From Lepidodermella squamata (lineage: Eukaryota > Animalia > Gastrotricha): DNA of 64,000 bases. Location of the stretch: the NCBI GenBank assembly GCA_047495785.1, contig JBLDXI010000013.1, positions 1,240,001 to 1,304,000 of the forward strand. The letters run 5' to 3'. This document shows positions 50,228-60,870 of the stretch, in pieces. A model generated the notes under the pieces. It had not been told where the DNA came from. It worked only from the letters and a program-made list of their open reading frames with translations, and searched no databases. The translations under genes and the position numbers were made by a program. How positions within the stretch are numbered: the first letter of the stretch is position 1; each line of letters starts with the position of its first letter.

Positions 50228-52274
50228 TATATTAGAGAAGGAATCACCAGAGACAGATATTCAACTGAGCTTGATGTATAAATCTCGAAAAAAGCGGGTT
50301 AAAAATTAGGGTAAAACTAATTTGAGTCCCCTCAAAAATAAGATGTAGAGATGTAAAAGGCAAATGTCAAATGGCGAAAAAACGCAGAAAAAATGGGTAG
50401 GCGCTAATATTTTTTTAGTCAGCGAAAATGTGGTTTTAGCACGGGAGTGAGAAAAAACCGCAAAAAATGTCGTTGAGGGAAATATCCTTATGGTGTGAAA
50501 GCTGACGCCTGATTTCATTTTTCTATTGTCATCCCATTTTTCTACGAGTCATTGACTTTTGCTATATGGGTATATGGTGTTTATCTAAAACATTTTGATC
50601 ACATTGAGATATACGGCGATGATTGGTAAAAGTGCGTAACTTTCTCTAAGATGAGGAATCGGCCGAATAATATCGGAGAAGAAGTACTGATTCCGGCATG
50701 AAAATAGCGCAAAAGTATTGCGAATAAATTAATAATAATAATTGCCTTAGCCGTAGTTTTACTTTTCAGCCATGGGCTTTAGATTCCTATCATATTTCAC
50801 ACGGTGGCATCGAAACTACGAATAAGCGGCTCTGAAAAAACTTGAGTCACTCATGCGGGCTTATTCGGTTTCTCATTTTCTATCCGGGCCGAAATTCAAT
50901 ACGAGATGTTTTCTGCTGTAATTTTCGGTCACATTATTTTAAATACATCATGCGGCAAGACCTACTACTACTATTAAGTAAGGCGCCAACTTATGGGTTA
51001 CAACATAATAGTAATGCCATAGCCAATGTATATTACTTTGATCGCGTTTTCTTTTCGCCTTAGATGCCACTCGGGTGTTTTTATTAAAATAATAATAATA
51101 ATAGTGTGTATCTATTATGCGCAAAATGCAAAATTCAGTCAATTGTTTGCGGTTTCATCATTAAATATGTATATGGTCACTTCCCAACTACTGGTCTTGC
51201 TCTGAAATAATTGCTACAGCACTGAAGACTCGTTCGATAGACGCCGCTGCGATCAATTTTGCCCCATTTTAAGCCGTGAAGCAAGGCGAATCCCAATCAG
51301 GGTTAATAGCGGTTACAATTAAAAACTTTCGAATGTTATTCGAATGTAAAGAAAACCAGATAGCCGTATCTGTTGACGAGAGAAACAATGTAAAAATGAA
51401 TCGACCGTGACGCGTCTAAGTAAACTGCTGGTTTCAAACCACTACTGAAATTCATCGATTGTTTGCCCGCATAAAATCGGTCCAGATAAAAAATTCGCAG
51501 TAAAAATATGGCTGCCTATCCGCTCTTTAATTCAATCCACCACAGCTATATGTCGAGTAGTGACTTAATACCTTTTATTATACCTGGCAAAAAATGGTCA
51601 ATAATATCGATGTCCGATGCCAGTGATAGAATGCGAATTAAAAAAAACAGAGGCATTTACTAAGGGAATAAAGTTGGCTTTTATACGAATAATGAGATGT
51701 CAGGAAAAATTGGCAAGCCATTTACTTCCTATTTAATATATAAAAAAATAATTTAGCAAATAAATAGGTGAAAATCCATGCTAAATTATACGTTCGACAA
51801 TAATTCAATGAATACCTAAGGGCCATACACTTATCGGCATCAAGGCATGGCAAAAATCGACTGATGGACACTTGAAAAATGCGCTGTGACTTATACGCTC
51901 ACGACTTATTCATAATAATTAGCACTGACAAATAGGTATAGGTATTATATATGTGTATTCAAATAAAAAGTTGCCAGCGGCACACACAAGAGTGGAGACA
52001 TTTTTTACGCTTCCGAAGTAATTTGCGCTCAAGTTCCTGTTTTCTAATGTGCGCAAACCGCCGCGGAAAGAGCGAAGTTCCTATATGAGCAACTATAGTT
52101 TCCTCGATATGTATGAGCCCTAGCAATCATAGGTACAGGGTTTTATTTAACTGACCAGGATACCAACGCTGAATTGACCACTCGGCAGCACGCAATTTAA
52201 TTTGCAAATTAGTAAGAATAAAATTGGATAATTACACGTCAACTCCAGAATAAGTTCAGCAATATAACACTGAC

Positions 52275-52370
52275 CTCTTCTTCCGTCTTAATTCGCCTGC
52301 CTTTCCGGTCCCTATCCATGGCGAGTTTCATCGCAGGATCGTCGTCTTTGTTCGCTGACCAGTCTGTCAT
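52275..52370 (-). CDS. DPP6/10-like alternative first exon (MTDWSANKDDDPAMKLAMDRDRKGRRIKTEEE)
   Basis: ATG, 32 codons, GAG|gtcagt in phase 0. Confidence 0.65.
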
Positions 52371-55263
52371 TGCTTGTGATCACGAAAAAGGTTACAAATC
52401 GAAATCTGCCGAGTTCAAAGAGTTCGCAATTGGCTTCCTAATAGTCAGCAAAATTGTATGTACTTCAGGTGCAACATGTTTTTCACACCATTGATGGCTA
52501 TTCATGGTGGCTGAAAGGAGGGGCTTTCAAAGTGACGAGCAGCGGCATAGTGTAGAACCCGCTCTACATTCTTTCAGCATCTTTTTTCAGAAATATTGTC
52601 TTACAAAACGGTTGTCGGAATTCTCAGCTTGTATTTTTCATTCATCATTGAGTTCAGCCTGAAAGAGAAACATAATTGGCAGGTTTGGGCACAAAAGTGG
52701 ACCAATTAGAATCGTAAGCAAACAACCTTGTCGACAATCCGTAGAGTTTTTCGAAAACTTGGTTCCTATTTCAAAGGGAGAATTAGCCAAAAACCGATTG
52801 CTCGTGCTGCTGCGAATGCGAATCAAACTGGCCTGAAGTAGCCGTTAAATTCAAGGAACAATCTCAATGAATCATTTCCAGAATTTACTACCGAATTTTT
52901 ATTCAAGTTCAGGTTGACGATATAGGTAATAAATGAACATCAGTGATTGCCCGTATTTTTTGGTTCAACCTTATGGCAGACATCCAAGAAAATTTGGCAT
53001 CAGCTGAGTTCAGCATACGTTATGACTGATACCTACGGTCAGAGCTGGCGAGGCACCGCGTGTGAACCCCCTCCCCCCTCCCCAACATTAAGAGATTGAC
53101 AATGTCGCCGGTGTAGTTAATTTTTTATGGTGTTTACGAGAGGAATGAAAGAATCATAACAAAACGGCGAAATTGATCGGAAATGACGCAAATTACGCGT
53201 TAATAACGGTGACACAATGCGACCGGCCGGAGTTTGCGCTGCAACCAGATAAATAGTACTGTAGTATACAATGAGCAGAGGCTGTTTTTTACTCGAATAT
53301 AAAAAACGAAATACCTGACTTGCTGCAACATTAGGAAAAATTTATTGTAATTTGCTAGTTTTTTATATTATGTTGCCCTCGCGTCCTCATTTATTCCCAT
53401 TTATTTGGATCCCCATACGGTATTTTTCACGCTCAAGTGTCATCATTATTTTACGCGGATGGTAAAAGATATTATCAGTATCCAAGTACTGGATAGTAAT
53501 ATCTTGGCTCAATAAACGAACACATAATTCGATTTTGACATTCCGCCCCGAATAATATAAGTATTAAGTATGACTCGTTAGATTCTGAAGCAGAGTGAAA
53601 TTTTCTCATCTTCGATAAATTATTACTCCATATTGACGAGTGTGTAATAAAAGCCAAAATAAAGGGCATCGATTTATATTTTCCTGTTTGATCGCTTCCT
53701 CAGAGCTGAGAGAAGCGATAAAAGCATTCATTACGAGCGCGACAGGTTAGGAAACTCGGGAAATTTTGCCTTCACTTCAGTTAGTTATTAAAGGATGGAT
53801 AAGCACTCGATTTTTTACTTATAGTATTTCCTCAATGACATCGGTCACTAGACAAAACTTTCTGATATTACTTGCATCAGATAGATCAATTACTGCTTTT
53901 TTTAGAATAGTAACCTTATAGGACTAATCCTTATTCTCGTTTTTACCGATACCACTATTATGAATGCTGAGAGCTGATAATCGATAGGTGCTATTCACCG
54001 CGCCATGAGTCTTATGTACACCGCCCAGGCAAGCGTCAAACATTTCCTGCACCCTCGAATAGTTTGTCCCTCTCACTTGCGCAGCATTAGTGACGCCATA
54101 AAACTCATTAAATTAATTCACGCTCGTACTATACGTAAAAAAGTGGTCGGAAATATGCAGATCAAAGTTTTTACGACCCGTAAATTTTTTTGAATTGAAT
54201 TCGTGTGGAGTGAAAACCCCACATCAAATCAAGAATTCCGCTAGTTTTTCTCTTCACCTCACCTATGTAGTCAGCGTATCGCATGTATTTTTGCCATTTT
54301 TTCTTCGATTGTTTCTCTACCCATCAAGCTGCAAACTGCTGTAAATGAGGTCATGCGTATCTTCAAAGCATCAAAAGAGTAGGTATAGTATTTGAATGGA
54401 TTGTCTGCGCATAAATCTAGCAGGCTTTTTATGTGTGAGGAATGACTCTCATCCAAGGATTTTTCTCGTCTAATCATAAGTCTTTTGTTCAGTTTCTAGA
54501 TGAAATTCAAGATTTTATTTCCACTCTCAAGAAAATGTACGTTGAAGGTAATAGCGTCAAATTGGCTGAAGATATGCACGTTTTTGGCAAATTCTTGCTA
54601 GCCTTTTTTTGCTTATCTTTCATCCTATTATCTTTCTTCCAAGCCACATGCCATCGAAAAAGCTTGGGCCAAAAAAATCTGGATATAATTCTATTATTTA
54701 TTATTATTGGCGAGATTCTCGACCCGTCTATTTACACTATAGGCCACTTTTCGCGATGGTGTAAGTATAGTGGGGATATAATTACCGAATCGCTGAGAAC
54801 CGACCGTTTGTAACAATTCACCGCCGGCAAAAACGCAGGATGTTTGCAGCCCTAATGAAATCGGAAACAATAACTTTCGATGGAAAAGCACAAGACGGCT
54901 CACGTTTGATGTTTTCGTCGAACAAATAAATACCTAATAGCGATTACGCCATCATATTACTCATTGAAGCAAAAAACCGCTTGTAACCCCCACGTTTTTT
55001 TCGGACTCATCTGCTATTTCGCATTAGCATTCATTATACTGAATAACGCGCGTGTTACAAAGCGGCGTGCAGAAAAGGGCACGTCGGTATATTCTATACT
55101 TTGAAAGGCCATGCTAATCCATAAGTATCATCTAGAAATTCCCTTCATGGAGGTAAAATTGTCGACTAGCATTCGACTATATTTCTGCTGTGCCCATGTC
55201 ACAAAAATTAAATGGCGACCTTTTTTCTTTGTTTCCTATTCGAGTTGATGTCTCAGCAATTAC

Positions 55264-55299
55264 CTCGTTATCGCGTTGTTTTCCGAATTTCCATCTCAT
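55264..55299 (-). CDS. DPP6/10-like most distal alternative first exon (MRWKFGKQRDNE)
   Basis: ATG, 12 codons, GAG|gtaatt in phase 0; lies head-to-head with the ankyrin gene at 55757. Confidence 0.5.
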
Positions 55300-55756
55300 T
55301 ACGCCTCGTTGGTGACCTGATTCAGCCGCAAATTATTTTGCATCGATATCATCCTGTTCATAAGAATCCTGTGCCATATTGATGTTGGGCGGGAAAACAA
55401 AATTACAACGGCGGTAAAAATGTTAAGAGCGTATGGACTCGACTTCCGTAGTTTGTTTTTATGACCGAAGATAGATTTCCGCATCAATTCTGTTGCTATT
55501 CTTCGCTTTCCACATGTGCGTTGCTTCTCCTATTCTCAAGGTGCAGCGCGCAATTTTTTTCCTATTACACATCCGTGTATGTTTTCTTATCTAGGATGCG
55601 CAAAAACATCGAGACATTTGTTATGCCGACGTAAGATCAATGATGCTATGTTATTCCACTAAGACGATATACACCTGTCAAACTCATGCGTTGAATTGTA
55701 TTATGGATTTTTTTAGACGGTACATACGTTTAAAATAATGTTGATAATCTAAGATT

Positions 55757-56628
55757 ATGAGTCGACGTGCTTCGGTTATTCAGCGCCAAAACCCGGAGAG
55801 CGCGAAAAAGAGCGTTCGCTTTCCGACGGAGCTTGTTTTCTTAGAATCGCTCAAGGACAATGACCTTGACCAGGCAGCTGGTATGCTCAGGCGCGCTAGT
55901 TTAAGGTTAGATATCAACGCTATTGCTGATTCAGGTAAATTCAATCGGCCTTGCGATATGGGAGAAAATATTTCAGTATTTTTGCAGGTCTTACTCCCTT
56001 ACATCAAGCAGTAATCAACGAAAATTTACCAGCAATCCGGTTGCTCATCAACCACGGCGCCGATGTGAATGCTCGCGATGAAGACTCCTGGACACCATTA
56101 CATGCGGCAGCAGCGGTGGGCAGTGCGGAGATAATTAAGCTGTTACTGTTGAACGGTGCTGACCCCACAGCGACGACTATTTTCGACGAACGGCCAGTTG
56201 ATCTTTGCGATAGTGAAGACATCGCCGCGATCGGTGTTCTACTGGAAGCTCTCAAGAAGCAGAAAAACCCGAAAACGCCAGGGGGGAAGAAGGCGCTCGC
56301 AAAGACTAACTCACTCTCGCCAGGGCCGCAACGCCGGTCAACCGACGATGGCTCTCTAGCAAAATCCCGCGACCTCACTCGTTCGACAAACGGTAATGTT
56401 CTACCGTCGACAACCTTTTATAGCAACAGTTATTCAACAGTAAAAAACTTCTTTTCCTCTTCTAAAACCAATAGCTCTGGTAACGCCAGCAGCCAGACTG
56501 GTCCAACCGTTCTAAAAAAAGTATCGTCTGCGAAAAGCTTTAGTAAAAGTGAGCAAATCTTGCCGTTAGCTAATGCTAACAGTAACTCTAATAGCCCCGA
56601 TCGGACTAACAGTAGCAAACGCAAATAG
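55757..56628 (+). CDS. PPP1R27: PP1 regulatory subunit with RVxF motif and ankyrin repeats (PPP1R27-like)
   Basis: Exons 55757-55934 and 55988-56628; KSVRFP..VFLE...NDL, SGLTPLHQAV, GADVNARDEDSWTPLHAA and a Ser-rich tail. Confidence 0.75.
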
Positions 56629-57449
56629 AAACCCCTAACTTGGTTTCCGGCTATTTTGAGACCCATGCCTCATCCCACCTATGCTGTAGACATCCTATTC
56701 ATTTTCTCACACTATGTTCCTGGTGTAAAGATATTTGACGTGCTACTAAACTGCACTGGCCACTTCGGTGGTTGAGTTGGAGCGATTATGCAATTGTAGC
56801 CATCGATTTTCCACGTCTTACTAAGATAGAGGACCTTATTTCTGATCGGTATTTGCATGTTTCTTCGTTCGTTTAGACACGAATTCCTGTCTTTTCTATA
56901 GCAACGTGTGACCCCGACATGACTGTTTCTGCTCTGTTTTACAAGCATATTCCATTACTTTCCAACCACTGCATTGGTTAACCTGATTTTTGTTTCATCA
57001 TATGCTTAGAGCGACGTTGATCGATGCAGTATTTTTACATTTTAAGAATTGAAAATACATTTATGTATGGTTTATGAGTTATTTATATTTGATCTAGTGG
57101 CAATATTCATATATACTTTTACAAATTTGATCGCGATAATATGAAGCCTGTCATATAAATGTGTTCATCTGTTTGATATTCATTGAAATGGTAATAAAAT
57201 GAAAGGAAAACAACCATGCGAATCTCAGAGCAGTGTTCATTCGTGTTTATTTATTGTTTCATTTTCTATGTTTTGAACTTCATCCAAGTCTTTACGAACA
57301 GCAAGTTCCATTCATTATGACACGATAATACGTAATTATATCACAAGTTAATAACCAGCGATAACTATCTAATAGTATACAGCGCAATATTTGGTAACCA
57401 AGCGATATGGAGCATTCTAAGGAATTCAATATAAAACGCATCTAAGAGT

Positions 57450-58466
57450 CTATTCCTCATCGCCGGCCGGGGCTTCATCCGACGCCTGTTGACCATCGGC
57501 TTCAGGGGCGGGAGCTTCGCCAGACTCCTCTGTCGTGGGCTGCTGCGCTTCTGGTTCTGTCACTGCAACCTGATCACCGTCGAGAGCCTTTGCGAGATCG
57601 GCATTAGCGTCACCAGCCGCATCAGCTTCTAGCAAAAGATCAGCATTGCTATCTGCCACAGCTTGCTCCTCTGCGAGAGTTTCCGGCATATAGTCGATGC
57701 CGCTTATTTCGGTTATATGGTTTGCCTTCCATTTGGAGACCATTTTCGGCTCGGCCTCTTCGTCAACTTCCTCGACAGCCTTTTCGGGAACACTGATGTA
57801 CTCGCCGTGCTGTTCGCAGCCAATGTCAAATACGTATTTTCCCCTTCCCTCGGGTCTGTTTGAAGTCCAGTTGCCGACGTACTTATGGTTCGCATGAATC
57901 AATTCAGCGGGACCCGCCATTTTACCCTCTTTCCATAAACCAACGTATTTGCTGCCAGTCTGCGCCCAGGTGTAGGTGCCATGACCATGACGAAGATGAG
58001 ACAACCATTCACCTTCATATATATCTCCATTGATGTAATAATATTTGCCGAAGCCTCCACGCTGGCCCTCAACCCACATGCCTTCGTATTTTGAGCCGTC
58101 GGGGTAAATCATCAAACCTTGGCCGTGCTTCTTTCCTTTGTAGTATTCGCCCATGTATCTAGATCCATTTTTAAACCTAAAAATGACACATTCGCTGTAT
58201 TTCAGCAACTTGAGAGCAAGTTTGCAGATACTTACCGATACATTCCTTGACCATGACGCTTGCCATTTTCGTACATACCGTCATAAATGTCCTTGTTAGG
58301 TAAACGCGCTCTTCCGCGTCCATGCCGCTCGTCGCGTTCATTGCGTTCACCTTCATACTCCTGGGTTAAAAGATCCAAGAATAAAAGATAATACTTCAAC
58401 ACTGTCCGTACTTACTCCCAAGTCCTGTCCCGCCTCCTCTTCGAGCTCACTCTCCACTTCAGACAT
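57450..58466 (-). CDS. RSPH1: Radial spoke head protein 1 (MORN repeats)
   Basis: Exons 58466-58416, 58360-58236 and 58176-57450; [34 protein letters not shown] repeats, [15 protein letters not shown] and an acidic tail. Confidence 0.95.
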
Positions 58467-58723
58467 TATTACAAGGATAAGAGCTAAAGAAAGAAAAAGC
58501 TATGCTTCAAAATCAATATCAATGCAATCGGAGTAAATATCAATCGGTTCGAAGAGCAACGCTAACCGAAGATGCACTGATTATAACAGTTATCGACTAG
58601 GTATATCGAATCAAATCTCAGTTGAAAAATTTCCGCGATAGGGCGGACTAATGTAATCGCCAACTGCCACTCCGAAGAATAACACGCGAATTGACACTGC
58701 AGAGAGCTTGTTGAAGCGACGCC

Positions 58724-58736
58724 GTTGCTATGCAAC
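58724..58736. promoter_or_regulatory. RFX X-box in a bidirectional promoter
   Basis: GTTGCTATGCAAC, a near-consensus X-box between the divergent RSPH1 and DNAAF8-like genes. Confidence 0.75.
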
Positions 58737-59312
58737 TACTTTGACACATAATATTAAAAAACAATAAGTTTAAATTTACGTAAGCATATAAATTCAAAAT
58801 CTACATTTTTTACTTTTCTGGCAACAAGCGTCCTTCGATATGTTTTTCTTTAGATGGTCGGGATATGCATTACCTGATGATGGTGCGTCGTACGCTGTAA
58901 GAATGCATTATGTGGGGTGGGGAAGTCTTAGACGAAAATCAACCGCAAGCACATCGACGGAATACGGACTGAAGATGTAAACAAACAATGCAGAGATAAA
59001 ACCTCGTCGAGTTGCTGAGTATCTGCGGAATCATGGATTAGTCAAGATCTATATCGTCCATATGGAAAGAAAGTACGCGAAATTTAGGGGTTCCCAAACG
59101 TTTTAACGCGAGCCGTCTGTGCATGTTTATTTGTAGTGTGAGAAAATGAGACTTACCGCACGTCCATCGTTGGCAGATTGATACAGCTCCCATAACATCG
59201 CCAGCCTATCCACAACCTCATATTTCATGCCATCTTTCAGACAAGTGAATTGAGACAATCGATACTTCTACCTGATACTTTTCCTATTTGCACCTTAGAA
59301 TATTTACTGATA

Positions 59313-60356
59313 ATGGAAAATCTCTCGAGGCAACTGGAGTCACTTTTTCTTGACTTGCAGAGTAAACTGCCATCCTTCGATGACATGCCAGATACTGTTG
59401 GCGATGATTTGGAGACATTGGAAGCAGCTTATCCGTCTTACTATCGTGATCTCAACCTTGGCGACGATTTCGATCTCGCGGCGCTAGATTTTTCATCACC
59501 ACGTCAGCCTGATATATCATCGCCATCATTACTGTCTCCTCGTAATAACAATGAGCAAATTAATCCCGAGCCGAGACCATCCATTGATTCAATCGATAGC
59601 GAAGATATGTCACCAAATTCATATGATGCAGAACAAGGCTCTGCTTCATTTGTTCCTGTGCTTCACGACCGTGCTATGATTGCTTCCTTGTTTCCAACTA
59701 GCTCAACCACAAATCAAGGCTTATCAAGGTCTCAGCTTGAAAGTCAGGATCTCGTAGAAAGATATTTCCCATCTAGTGGAATTCAGCTATCTTCTGCGGG
59801 ATTGGACACTGAGGATTTTGACCGTATTTTAGAAAGTTTGGAAGAGCAATTTGAATTAGCAGACATTGGTTCTTCGGGATCTCATGTCGCTGATGCTATT
59901 TTTGACTCACAGCAGACACTACTCACGGGACCTGACAACGGCACAGCCGTTATTTTGGAGAAGTTGATTTTACACGCTGCTAAGTATGATGAGGGACTAA
60001 AAGTCAAAGACTTCGATTTGAAAAATGGTTCGCTCAAGGCAAATAAACGCATCAGTCATAAACAAGCTCGCCGAGAAAAAATCCCGCCCCTATCTCATTC
60101 TCAAGAATGCTGGACAGATGAGCCGCTACCGAACGTTAATTCTTGCTCCAAAGGCGTATCAGCTAGTTTTCCTCTCGAAGACAACGATTTGGCTTTGTTG
60201 ACTGGCATCAATCCCGAAAGAGCACCGGATCCTCCAACTGTTCGCGTTGACCTGAGGCTTGACGAACAAAAATTGGAGGAAAAAAGACGTCATGTCAGAC
60301 GTATTCAATCTATCCTGGGAATTCCGTTGCAGGGCAACGACGATGACAGCGACTGA
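59313..60356 (+). CDS. DNAAF8: Acidic protein resembling dynein axonemal assembly factor 8 (C16orf71/Daap1)
   Basis: Four short blocks are collinear with recalled human C16orf71: LQSKLPSFD ~ VKDQLPSLD, LSSAGLDTEDFDRILESL ~ LSLQQLEAWDLDDILQSL, ILEKLILH ~ LMEQLALL and PPTVRVDLR ~ SPTIFIDLR. It shares an X-box promoter with RSPH1. Confidence 0.6.
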   Translation: MENLSRQLESLFLDLQSKLPSFDDMPDTVGDDLETLEAAYPSYYRDLNLGDDFDLAALDFSSPRQPDISSPSLLSPRNNNEQINPEPRPSIDSIDSEDMSPNSYDAEQGSASFVPVLHDRAMIASLFPTSSTTNQGLSRSQLESQDLVERYFPSSGIQLSSAGLDTEDFDRILESLEEQFELADIGSSGSHVADAIFDSQQTLLTGPDNGTAVILEKLILHAAKYDEGLKVKDFDLKNGSLKANKRISHKQARREKIPPLSHSQECWTDEPLPNVNSCSKGVSASFPLEDNDLALLTGINPERAPDPPTVRVDLRLDEQKLEEKRRHVRRIQSILGIPLQGNDDDSD

Positions 60357-60870
60357 ACAGTTACTTTCACCTAACACAGTATTGATAATTGGTACCCAGA
60401 CAAAAATCGTTGTTTTCGTTGATATTTTTTTCTCATGCGATGAAACGCATTTAAATTATGTTATATCACACTGATTTGGCACCACGAAAAGATAAAATAA
60501 ACAAATTTCGTTCCATTGCGCTTTATTCTTTGATTCATACCATGTAAATGATTCAATCAATATTCCACGATTTCATCTCATACAAAAGGCAGCAACAATA
60601 ACATCTAATTCGAGAGGTACCGACCACTTAACAGAGGCATGATATATGTAGAGAAAAATTAATTAGCCAAAATCCTGATTTCAAACACGTGGCCAGGTGA
60701 GCAATCTGAATGCAAAGGATTACATAGAATAACAACAATTACTTCCATTTGGAACTATGTATATCGACGATGCAAAAATATATATACCAAACACTAGCGA
60801 ACCAAGGTGAAAAGCCACATAAACAGATTATGACCGAAATTTCTGCTGCAGCCAACAGCCATGCAAAATT

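Noticed and set aside
52400-54900. Exon/intron-like minus-strand segments (52400-53020, 54260-54900) suggesting a nested gene
   Set aside because: No continuous spliced ORF could be built; they are more likely 5' UTR exons or decayed sequence. Weak ATG-donor pairs (MRYADYIGE here; MLAAAL, MSV and MKSG elsewhere in the array) were not counted as DPP exons.
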